DNA of 64,000 nucleotides. Origin: Eledone cirrhosa. Its lineage: Eukaryota. The stretch covers positions 51,522,001-51,586,000 of the forward strand of contig OZ024742.1 of assembly GCA_964016885.1 (NCBI GenBank). The letters are read 5' to 3'. The position numbers and the translations under genes were made by a program. This document shows positions 27,866 to 39,289 of the stretch, in pieces. The notes beneath the pieces were generated by a model that searched no databases, was not told the DNA's origin, and saw only the letters and a program-made list of their open reading frames with translations. The stretch's first letter is position 1, and every line of letters begins with the position of its first letter.

Positions 27866-29642
27866 TATAGATAATTTAATATATCTACTAACATAAGCGC
27901 ACAGATGTACGCCAATGCCAGCAAATACACAGGTTATGTCATAGTACCTAGGTGGTTCAATGCAGGAGAATGCAGAACAATAATATATAAGACGTAAAAT
28001 AAGAAAATTTCTTTAAAAAAATTTTTTTTTTAAATTAACTTACTTACTTACATTTTCACTCCAACTAATTAGTTTCTGCAATGGGATAAAGACATTTACG
28101 TAATGAACTGTTGAGAATTTCATTGCGTCATCAGGGAGGTCATTCTCCCGAGTCTCCAGGCGATGCGCGGACACTGGGGACTCATATAAAAATAATAATA
28201 ATTCGGCAACTGGAACAGCTATCGAGGACTGGATTCCAGCCACTGAAAATTCTCACTGCCACTGATCATATGGCCGATTCTAAAGAATCAATCACGTGAC
28301 ACAGAGCCTAGTCAGTAGGAATGGGATGGTAAGATGACAGACGCCTACTAACACCCCCCAAAAAAATTTAGAAGTGGTTTTGGCAGGTTTGCTCGACAAA
28401 ACAGTGATTTGGAGATAAATATAGATAATTTAATATATCTACTAACATAGGCGCACAGATGTACGCCAATGCCAGCAAATACACAGGTTATGTCATAGTA
28501 CCTAGGTGGTTCAATGCAGGAGAATGCAGAACAATAATATATAAGACGTAAAATAAGAAAATTTCTTTAAAAAAAAAAAAAAAAAAATGTACTTACTTAC
28601 TTAAATTTTCACTCCAACTAATTAGTTTCTGCAATGGGATAAAGACAGTTACGTAATGAACTGTTGAGAATGTCATTGCGTCATCAGGGAGGTCATTCTC
28701 AGCCGAGTCTCCAGGCGATGCGCGGACACTGGGGACTCATATAAAAATAATGATAATTCGGCAACTGGAACAGCTATCGAGGACTGGATTCCAGCCACTG
28801 AACATTCTCACTGCCACTGATCATATGGCCGATTCTAAAGAATCAATCACGTGACACAGAGGCTAGTCAGTAGGAATGGGATGGTATGAGTCCCCAGTGT
28901 ACGCGCATCGCCTGGAGACTCGGCTGAGAATGACCTCCCTGATGACGCAATGAAATTCTCAACAGTTCATTACGTAACTGTCTTTATCCCATTGCAGAAA
29001 CTAATTAGTTGGAGTGAAAATTTAAGTAAGTAAGTTAATTTAAAAAATAAAAATTTTTTTTAAGAAATTTTCTTATTTTACGTCTTATATATTAATGTTC
29101 TGCATTCTCCTGCATTGAACCACCTAGGTACTATGACATAACCTGTGTATTTGCTGGCATTGGCGTACATCTGTGCGCTTATGTTAGTAGATATATTAAA
29201 TTATCTATATTTATCTCCAAATCACTGTTTTGTCGAGCAAACCTGCCAAAACCACTTCTAAATTTTTTTGGGGGTGTTAGTAGGCGTCTGTCATCTTACC
29301 ATCCCATTCCTACTGACTAGCCTCTGTGTCACGTGATTGATTCTTTAGAATCGGCCATATGATCAGTGGCAGTGAGAATTTTCAGTGGCTGGAATCCAGT
29401 CCTCGATAGCTGTTCCAGTTGTCGAATTATTATTATTTTTATATGAGTCCCTAGTGTCCGCGCATCGCCTGGAGACTCGGCTGAGAATGACCTCCCTGAT
29501 GACGCAATGAAATTCTCAACAGTTCATTACGTAGCTGTCTTTATCCCATTGCAGAAACTAATTAGTTGGAGTGAAAATTTAAGTAAGTAAGTTAATTTTC
29601 TTTTTTTTTTTTTTAAAGAAATTTTCTTATTTTACGTCTTAT
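27866..29642. mobile_element. Non-coding repeat family C: ~555-bp monomers, tandem on minus (27866-28885) then tandem on plus (28886-29642)
   Basis: Direct period 553-557 bp; right half is the reverse complement of left half; few mismatches; (TA)n on both flanks. Confidence 0.9.
28935..29014 (+). ncRNA. Type I hammerhead of family C (four copies)
   Basis: CTCC-CTGATGA-C-GCAATG..ACAGTT-loop-AACTGT..CATTGC-A-GAAA-CTAATTAG-TT|GGAG. Other copies: 29492-29571 (+), 28059-28138 (-), 28612-28691 (-). Confidence 0.75.
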
Positions 29643-29767
29643 ATATATATATATATATTCCTAAAGCTATATGTATACTCTAAGCATGTAAGAATAAAAG
29701 TTAGTCAATAGTATATATATATATATATATGTGTGTGTGTATGTGTGTGTATATATGTACACACACA

Positions 29768-29841
<74 letters not shown>

Positions 29842-30037
29842 TGCATCTATATATGAAATGACAGGATGTATTGAAAGAAATGAATGTATAGTTGTATATA
29901 TATATAAATATATACAGCTATACATTCATTTCTGATTTAACCAATTTTTTAAAATACACAAATGAAGAATAGCATAACTATTGACTACGCGTTAATCTGC
30001 TGTACACTCAAACTCCTAGCCCTGCAATATATATATA

Positions 30038-30073
30038 CTTTTGAAAAGCAGAAGAATTGCGAAACCGGTTAAG
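30038..30073 (+). ncRNA. Minimal hammerhead, U3-A8 variant
   Basis: CTT-TTGAAAA-GCA-GAAGAAT-TGC-GAAA-CCGG-TT|AAG, then AATAAA. Confidence 0.6.
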
Positions 30074-30303
30074 GAACCAAATAAATACCTCGGTTATTTT
30101 TCATTTTGTAAAAAAAACCTCACTTTCTTTATCTGAAAACGTGAGTTGAAACCGATATTGTTATACTTTGGGAGGGTCATGTTGCCAATAAGAAACACAC
30201 GCACCATAGCTTTCACTCCAATTTATTATATATTAAATTCATAAATTTAAGAATTTATAAATTTCCGGTTGGTTGGTTCCACAACCGGACAGTTGTTCAT
30301 ATA

Positions 30304-30350
30304 TTGTCAAAGTTCTTTCGTCACACATCATGTGACCTCTTCAGTGACAA
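30304..30350 (-). ncRNA. Minimal hammerhead in the PLE pLTR
   Basis: TTGTCA-CTGAAGA-G-GTCACA-TGATG-TGTGAC-GAAA-GAAC-TT|TGACAA. Decayed mirror at ~34017-34060. Confidence 0.8.
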
Positions 30351-30617
30351 TAATTATTTTCTTTGTTTTTGTGCCTCTCCTTTGTTTTGTCCTACGCCAT
30401 CTTGTGTTTGTGTGTGTTGTGTGCTTAGTTTGCGCATGTGTTACATCCGGGTGTCTGTGTGTGTTTATATTTGTTTATTTATTTGTTTATTTACATGTTA
30501 CTGGTTGGTTGTTTGTTCTATGTGTGTGTGTGTTTTCATTTTGTCCTTAATTGTAAGTTGTGATGATGCTATTCCATTCATGTTTTCTATTTAATTTTGG
30601 TTGGAGTTCATTTATGT

Positions 30618-31079
30618 TTATTGCTCTGTGGTTTGTCTAAACATTGCGTCTTTTCTGTGTGTAGATTCTACTTTCATTTCTATGTTCTCTAATGTGTCCT
30701 TATGTTCTATTTTAGCATGTTGGTGGGGTATAGATGATTCTTTTCTATCTTGAAGCTCTCGCCAGTGTTCATTTATCCGTTCTCCTATACTACGAGATGT
30801 CTCACCTATGTACACAATATTCTTATCTCTACATTGTCTTTCAGTACATCTTATGCTATATACTACATTTCTAGTTTTACAGTTAATATGGGGGCTTAAT
30901 TTACAGGTTATACATTTCTTATCTATACAGGGGGGTCTTTGAAAAGGGTATGTCTTGCTAATAAGTGTTTTTATTGAGGTACCTGGTTTTTCTACTATCT
31001 TAATATTGAGTTTATGTTTATCTAGGGCCCTTCTAAATTTGTAGGCTAATTCACCTCTAGGAGTTGCATTGATGAACAT
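30618..31079 (-). pseudogene. PLE GIY-YIG endonuclease
   Basis: CIDKKCITC, NCKTRNVVYSIRC, YIGETSRSIGERINEH. Confidence 0.9.
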
Positions 31080-31154
31080 TACACTCTGGCATTTATTGCT
31101 ATCGTACCATGAGTTTATTCTATTAACCTTATTCCTAGTTCTTTCTATTCTATT

Positions 31155-32300
31155 CTAAAATTTGCTCCTATACAAGGGGCAGGTCCCATTTGTATCATTA
31201 TTTAACATTTTTCCCCATTTGGTTCTGGCTTCTCCATATTCTCTGATTTTATCTCTCTGATTGTAACCAGAGAACTGCATACGGTGTATGAAGTGTTGTA
31301 TGTGTCTCTCTAGCTCTTTGGGGTTGCACATGCGGGAGACGTTTCTCATCACCCGTACCAAATCCTCAATCAGTATGTTGATTTTGGTGTGATCCGAAAC
31401 AGCTGAGTTTCGGTGGATCAGATATTTGGAAGTCATGGGTTTGGCATAATGGGTATGGACGATTTGTTTTTTGTTATTAATGGTTTCTAACCAGAGCTCT
31501 TTGTCTAGTACAGGTAATGGATGGTTGGGGTGTTTGCTTGGGTAGTCTATAGTAACTCTAATACTCTGGTGGACGGAGTTAGATATTTGCTGGTTGCTTT
31601 CCATGGTGTTTTTCTCTAATTCCTGACTGTTCTCTAGTGAGGGTGTTTTTACTACGATTTTTATATCATCAGCGTAGCGGGAGTACATTATCAGGGTTAA
31701 AAGGTTGCTGTCTTCTAATTGTTCTTTAAGTTTAAGTTTAAGTCTATTGTCCCACCATGCCATGAGTAGGTTAGCCCTGACACCTGCAATGCTAACGCCA
31801 ATGCCTGCTCCCTCCTCTTGGGCATATTTTCTATTAAATTTGAACATATGTTCCTTAAGGGTTAATTTTATACTGGCCACCACCGCATGAGCGATCATTT
31901 TATTTAGTGCATCGTGGTTTTCGGGGGTCCGTATGGCTCTGGTCCACCCGTTCCATCTATCTGTATGGGTTTTCTTGGCCATTGAGGTAATGGTAGGTGT
32001 TCTGCCTCTTGCTGGTCTTGTAGGGCACAGGTTGCTAAGGTCATATGTATCTAGATAATCATTAATATAGGTAAGTTTAAGTAGGACCTCAAGCACACTG
32101 GTATAAATCCCACGGAATTCAACATTGCTCTCACTGATCATTTCTAAGCATTTCTCCGCAGCAAAATCCACGTCAATGGATGGATATAGGGACACAACAT
32201 CCATACTACCTATTATACAGTTTGTTAGGTCCTTAGATCTGTTCCTTTTGCTGTTTCTGCTGAGGTGGTCCTCCGTGGTGTCATATATATCTGGGGACAT
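31155..32300 (-). pseudogene. PLE reverse transcriptase (disrupted)
   Basis: MDVVSLYPSID, GVSIAG..ANLLM, RYADDI motifs. Confidence 0.9.
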
Positions 32301-34209
32301 TTCAATGATGGGACGTATGATCAGGGAGAGGAAGTAGGAAAGTCTGTAGTTACTATCAATGTTAGCTCCACAGACTGGCTGTGTTGGTGATCCTGTGACA
32401 GGGTCACTGCTCGTTTAATGGTCTTTTCGAAGCCCATACAATGCTAGCACGTCATTGTTCCAGGCCTGGAAGTTGTTAGCAGTCCTTTTATTGGGCTGCA
32501 TTATGTTTGTCCACATCATCATATGGGCATTTAAGGTTTTCTCCCTATCTTCATGCTCTTGTGGTGTTACTTCTCTTGTGTTAGTGATGTGGGGTTGCAT
32601 TGCCTGGATATAGTTTGACAGACTGTCAACCGACATTCTGCCAGACTTGTCTGTTGGAAAGCTTGCAATCTCTCCATTACGCAAGCCATTTGCAGATATG
32701 TCTCCCAGTTGCTGAGCCACCATTCTATTTTACTTCTTGCTATACTGTTCTATAATAGTTCTAAGTTTAGATCTATCTATACTAAATTGTGCTTCTGTTT
32801 GTTCATCGACCTGCGACGGCAATTGCGTGCGTTAGTTAAAAGCTAAATCGTGGCGTGGACTCGTCGTAGGTCGAAGGACATGTCGGACGGATTATAAAAG
32901 TAGGGTTCCAGGCTGCTGCTTTATGTGTACTATTGCTATTGTTATTGTTAGTTGTGTTGTTTCTATTTCTATTTCCAACACCAGCCTCATGGTTGTTTCT
33001 ATGTCTCTCATTATTACTCTTGTCTCTTTCCTCTGGCTCAATGTTATTGTCTACTCTATTTTGTGATTCTGTGTCCTGGTTATTTTCTCTGTCAGTATCG
33101 ATAGTCTCCCTTCTCCTTTCAATCCCATTACCTTCCCTTACTTCTGTGTTACTGTCATTACCTGATTTCTGTGTATGTGTGTTTGTTAACATTGTGGTGG
33201 TGGTGAGAGGCATAGAATGTGTGTGTCTTATTTGTTGTTGTTGGTGTGTGCTGTTGTTGTTGTGTGTTGTTGTCTCCGTGTATGTTATTATTGTTGTGTG
33301 TGTTGTTATTGTTGTTTGTGTCTGTGTATCTGTTGTTGTTGTTTCTGAATATGTTATTATTGTTGATGTGTGTGTTGTTGTTATCGTCGTTAGTGTCTGT
33401 GTCTGTTGTTGTTGGGATGTGTGTTGTATGTGTGTGTGTGTGTGCGTATGTTGTTACTTTTGTTTTTGTTTTTGAGGCTCCAACGTAATTTTGTAAATGA
33501 TTTTTCTATTTCTGACAAGCATTTTATCATATTTACCTTATTATATGTGGCATATTTAGGTGGTAGCTGTAATATCGATAATTCATCAGAGTCGACTGTA
33601 GTGTTGCCGTATATATTTGTGTTGTTGTTGTTGAATTCATCTGTTACTGAGATTTCGGCCATGTTTATATCGTTAATCTTGTCAGGATATCTATCGCTAT
33701 TCTCTAAAGTTTCTTGGGCTAGTTTCATCTGTTTGAGCCACCTTAATTTATTATTAAAGTGCTTGTCACATTATTTAACAATGTAAATTTCTTCAAGACA
33801 TATAATTAAATAGAAAATTAAATACACATAGAACAAACAACCAACCCGTAACATGTAAATAAACACATAAATAAACAAATATAACAAATATAACAAATAT
33901 AAACACACAGACACCCGGATGTAACACATGGTCAAACTAAGCACACAACACGCACAAAAACAAGATGGCGTAGGATAGAACAAAGGAGAATCACAAAAAC
34001 AAAGAAAATAATCCCCAGTCACTGAAGGGGTCACATAAAGTGTGACAAGAGAACTTTGACAATATATGAACAACCGTCCGGGCGTGGACCCAACCAACCA
34101 ACCGGAAATTTATAAATTCTTAAATTTGTAAATTTAATTTATAATAAATTGGAGTGAAATCACGTGGTGCGTGTGTTTCTTATTGGCAACATGACCCCCG
34201 ACAAAGCAT

Positions 34210-34262
<53 letters not shown>

Positions 34263-34405
34263 ACTATACATTCGTTTCTTTAAATACATCCTATCATTTC
34301 ATATATAGCTGCATGATTACATACATATATATATATATATATGTTTCATATACATATCGATATGAGTTTCAGTGATTCTTTGCTTAAACTTTAATCTGTT
34401 ATTTA

Positions 34406-34453
<48 letters not shown>

Positions 34454-34639
34454 ATGGCAGTGCTAGGTGGTTGAGTGTGCAGCAGATTAAGGTGTAGTCA
34501 ATAGTTATGCCATTCTTCATTTGTGTAATTTAAAAAATTGGTTCAATCAGGTATGTCTGCATCTTGACTAAATAAACCATTGATTAGTAATATAAAAGAC
34601 ATGAGTAGCGCATGTAATTCACGTATTTTGTTATTCAAT

Positions 34640-34693
<54 letters not shown>

Positions 34694-34729
34694 CCTTTTT
34701 ATGATGTCTACTTGCTGTTAATATTCATT

Positions 34730-34785
<56 letters not shown>

Positions 34786-35019
34786 GTATGTATATGTATA
34801 TATATTTATATGTGTGTATGATTATCCCATGTTCAATCCTGGGTAACCACAGTAAGTAAGGTATTCAATACATAACAGAGTATAAATATTTAATATAGAA
34901 ATGGCTTCTACAGGACTAGAACTGATTTATTCGGGAGAAACCGTCAGGAAAGCCCTAATGATTTCTCCCGAATGGAACAGTTCCAGTCCTATATTCTGTC
35001 TCGCCCTCTCTCCCTCTCT

Positions 35020-35124
<105 letters not shown>

Positions 35125-35131
35125 ACTCTCT

Positions 35132-35189
<58 letters not shown>

Positions 35190-35489
35190 ATGTGTGTGTA
35201 TTTATATATGTACGAATAAGAGTTTCTAGTTTCTCGTTTCTTCCTATCCTTAGTCGCAACCATCCTTCTATTTTCCGATGGATAATTAACGCAGGAAACT
35301 GGGAGCCTGCATTCCTACAAAATGAAGCGTTAAAACAATATAAACCAACATCGCAATATATTTTTCTAATGATTCGCTGTTCCTCGGTGTAATTTCGCAT
35401 ACACACACACACACACCAATACCCAGACACACACACATTCACACATACACACACAACCACACACGAAACACAGAGAGGCACACAGACAT

Positions 35490-36103
35490 ATATATATATG
35501 AATAAAGATAGACAAGGGTTAAAATGTCCTCTTCAGTAGTCTGTTGATTATCGTTGGTATTTCGACGCATTAAAGACTAGCTACCTAAAATCAGTGCGAG
35601 CGATAACTCAATTAAGTTATCGGGACAGTGGGAAAACAGAGGGAAGGAAACAAACACATGGTGGTATGCAACAGAAAGAGAGTAAATAGAGACAAGTCAA
35701 TGAATCATATGGGCTTAAGCCCGACATATCAAATTGACGAGGAGAAATAGACACGTCCGAGCCGCGAGAAGATTGAGAGAGGAAATAAATTCAAGTAGGT
35801 CAGACGGGAGGAAGTGTGATGGGGGTGAAGCAGAGAGAGAGTGAGTGAAAGTGGGAGGAAGGGCCAGCCGGGAGTTGAGGAAGGCAAGAGGTGAAGGAGA
35901 GTGAAAGGATGATAGCAGTAAAGTGACAGAAAAAATACGAACCACAGCGAAGGGAAAAATTAAGTGAATGAAGAATCGCGTGCTGCGTTGTTGCGAACAT
36001 GAATATATGAATAAATATAGACAAGGGTTAAAATGTCCTCTTCAGTAGTCTGCTGATTATCGTTGGTATTTCGACGCATTAAAGACTAGATACCTAAAAT
36101 CCG

Positions 36104-36105
<2 letters not shown>
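35490..36105 (-). mobile_element. Repeat family B, second locus (~509-bp period)
   Basis: 35498-35592 repeats at 36007-36101; homologous to 7815-8695. Confidence 0.8.
36032..36094 (-). ncRNA. Candidate non-circularly permuted hammerhead ribozyme
   Basis: GGTA-TC|TAGTC-ttt-AATGCGTC-GAAA-TACC-14nt-GACTA-CTGAAGA-GGACATT. All core nucleotides and three stems present, in scrambled order. Confidence 0.5.
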
Positions 36106-36137
<32 letters not shown>

Positions 36138-36144
36138 TATTAGA

Positions 36145-39024
36145 AAAATAATTAAAGGAAAAAGTAAAAAGAAACAACAGCTAAGGTAAACAAAGTCATC
36201 CCATACCTTGAGGCGAGGAGCCTTCACCAGTGCAACAATATCCTCAAAGCAACAGCAAATCCGGTGAGGAAACTACTTGGTATAAAAGCGAGAGGAAACA
36301 ACAGACAAGAAAGAGCAGAGCCGTGGTGGAAGAAACGACTGAGTGGTCAAATCGGGGAAATGAGAAATGACATAGGAAAGCTTGAGTCACTACTGAATGG
36401 GACACTAAAAAACATAGGCACTAAAAATAGACTGGAAATAAAGTACAAAACTAGGAGGAAAAAGCTAAATATTCTCATAGAGGAACTGAAGCAACGCATT
36501 GTAGCAAAGAGTGCAAAAATCAGGCGGTACGAGAACAGAGTCAGTCAGTATAAACAGAACCGCATGTTCGACAACAACCAGAAGATGCTGTTTGGACAGC
36601 TTGAGGGGAAAGAAAGAGGCAACGACTTGATCCCTGGGGCGGAGCAAGCTAAAACATTCTGGAGAGGAATATGGGAGCAGGATGTTAGACATAATGTCCA
36701 GGCAAGGTGGATTGAGACAGTACAGAGGGAGATCGGTGAGCAGGCACACCAACAAACTGATTTGAGTATCACAGTTGAAACTCTTAAGGGGCAGGCCAAA
36801 AAACTAACCAACTGGAAATCACCAGGCCCAGATAGTGTGCAGGGGTATTGGATTAAACATTTAACATCCCTCCACCCGAAGCTGACGGCCATGTTCAATG
36901 ACTGCTTGGTGTCGGGTGAGGTGCCAGAGTGGTTGACAAAAGGTACCACAGTTCTGATAATGAAAGACCGAATCAAGGGTAATGATGTTACCAACTATAG
37001 ACCTATCACATGTCTGTCCGTAATGTGGAAACTGTTGACGAGCATTGTGTCTGAGGAAATCTACCATCACCTCCACACAAACAACTTGTTACCAGACGAA
37101 CAGAAAGGATGCCGAAAGAAGTCACGTGGTACAAAGGACCAGTTACTTATTGATAAGATGGTAATGGGGAATTGCAGGAGGAGACACACTGATCGTGCCA
37201 TGGGATGGATAGACTACAGAAAAGCATTTGATATGGTGCCTCATTCTTGGATCACCAAAAGCCTGGAGATCTTCAGGGTGGCAGATAACATCAGACAGTT
37301 GCTGAGCAGGAGTATGGGGTCCTGGGAGACAGAGTTGACATCAACTGGAGTATCCTTGGGAAGCGTGAAGATCAAGAGAGGTATCTTCCAGGGAGATAGC
37401 CTGTCCCCTCTGTTGTTTGTCCTTGCCCTGATGCCCTTGACCATTATGCTGCGAAAAGTGAGAGCAGGATACAAGTTGGGAAAGGGAGAGCTTACCATCA
37501 ATCACCTCCTCTTCATGGACGATCTTAAGCTCTTCGGGAAAAGTGAGAAGGAGTTGGATGTGCTTGTTGACACTGTCCGTATTTTCAGCAGTGATATATG
37601 TATGCAGTTTGATATTAGTAAATGTGGAGTCATTGTGATGAGGAGGGGTAGGTTGAGCAGAAGTAACGGGATCCAGATACCAACAGGTGAGATGATAAAG
37701 GAAATTGACTCTGAGGAAGGATACAAGTATTTGGGCGTTCTGGAGGCTGATGGCATAAAGAACAAAAAAATGAAGGAATTGTTAAGAACTGAATACATTC
37801 GGAGAGTAAGGAGCGTATTGAAGTCACATCTGAACAGCAGAAATGCCATAAGCGCAGTACATTCCCGAGCTGTGTCTATTATTAAGTACAGTGCGGGAAT
37901 TCTGAGATGGAATGTTGCTGAACAAAAAGAAATGGATAGGAAGACTAGGAAGCTATTGACTATCTACAACATGTTCCACAAGAGGAGTGATGTCGATAGA
38001 CTCTACCTAAGGAGATCTGAGGGTGGAAGAGGTCTTATCAGCATAGAGGACTGTGTTCAGATGGAGAAAAACAACCTACCCAAATACGTGACTGATAGTA
38101 AGGAGCCAATGCTCAGAACTATACTGAAGGAGGGGACAGTAGGCCAGGGTATGTCCAAGGAGGAAATAACATCAAGGAGGAAGAGCAGCCTTAAGGGAAA
38201 ATCCCTTCATAGTACCTTCTTTGAGAAAACTGAATTTAGAGATCCACAGACATTGAACTGGTTGAGAAGAGGAGACCTTAAAAAGGCTACAGAAGGAATG
38301 TTAATGGCTGCGCAGGAGCAAGCCCTCAAAACGAAGTGGTTGAAACAACATATTTACAAGGAGGAGGCTAGCCCACTGTGCAGGATCTGTGGAGAGAGAG
38401 AGGAGACTGTGGCCCACATTGTATCCGAGTGTAAACACCTAGCCCAGACTCACTATAAGGGCTGGAGACATGATGTGATCGGCAGGGTGATCCACTGGCA
38501 CCTGTGCAAAGTAAAAAATTTACCACATTCTGAGAAATGATATGAGCATAAGCCAGAGGCGGTTATGGAGAACGATCAGGTGAAGGTGCTGTGGGATTTT
38601 AGGATACAGACGGACAAGAAACTGGAACACAATAGACCTAACCTGGTGGTTTTGGACAAAGACAAAAGATCGTGTCTGATTGGTGATGTGGCCTGCCCTT
38701 TCGACACGAGAGTGCAAGAGAAGGAGAGGGAGAAAATTAACCGATACCAGGACTTAAAGAGGAAGGTGAAAAGGATTTGTAAATGACATGAAGTCAAAGT
38801 GATCCCGATTGTCATAGGCGCACCGGGGACTATCTCCAAAAGTTTCCAGGGATGGTTAAAGAAAATCGGCCCCTTCACGCTTTTTGGAACGCTTCAAAAG
38901 GCATGCTTGCTGGGAACAGCAAGAACCCTCCGATACGTCCTGAATATCTGAGGCTGCAGGTAGTGGCTTGATATTCATTCCAACGGACTTTCAAGTTAAC
39001 TAACATCAATGACTGAGATTCAAG

Positions 39025-39028
<4 letters not shown>
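36145..39028 (+). mobile_element. R4/Dong-clade non-LTR retrotransposon (5'-truncated) in (TAA)n
   Basis: 758-aa ORF with RT (SPGPD, YRPITCL, GIFQGDSLSP, FMDD), CCHC finger and RLE continuing through stops to ~38950. (TAA)n at both ends. Confidence 0.92.
36264..38951 (+). pseudogene. Dong-type RT-CCHC-RLE polyprotein with two premature stops (38538, ~38784)
   Basis: ORFs 36264-38540 and 38565-38786 are in frame and continue to ..LQKACLLGTARTLRYVLNI*. Confidence 0.9.
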
Positions 39029-39059
<31 letters not shown>

Positions 39060-39289
39060 TTTTCTTTATTTACCACAAGGGTTTACATAAAGTAGACATT
39101 AAGGACAGTACAGGACAAATGGGCATTTCTGCGTGTAAAAAAAACAGAGGATGTAATAAAATAACAAAGAAAAATTCCCCAATAGGGGGGAGACTTCCGA
39201 GGGACATTTGTGGAGAAAGCCCATTAAAAGACCACAGTGACCCTGACCACCTAGGGCAAGTAAGTGCCCTCTCCCAGCTTTCCACCTTT

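Larger units (their letters stand above)
30125..34215 (-). mobile_element. Penelope-like element with RT, GIY-YIG, 3' pLTR and inverted 5' pLTR
   Basis: RT 31155-32300 (GSMDVVSLYPSI, RYADDI, HYAKP), GIY-YIG 30618-31079 (VVYSI..YIGET..RINEH), upstream PTDKSG and LQLPPKYA pieces. 30155-30560 is inverted at ~33800-34215. Confidence 0.9.

Noticed and set aside
34905-34992. Hairpin with CTAATGA/CTGACGG and a relative at 24299-24345
   Set aside because: Probably a decayed HHR family, but GAAA and stem I cannot be assigned convincingly.
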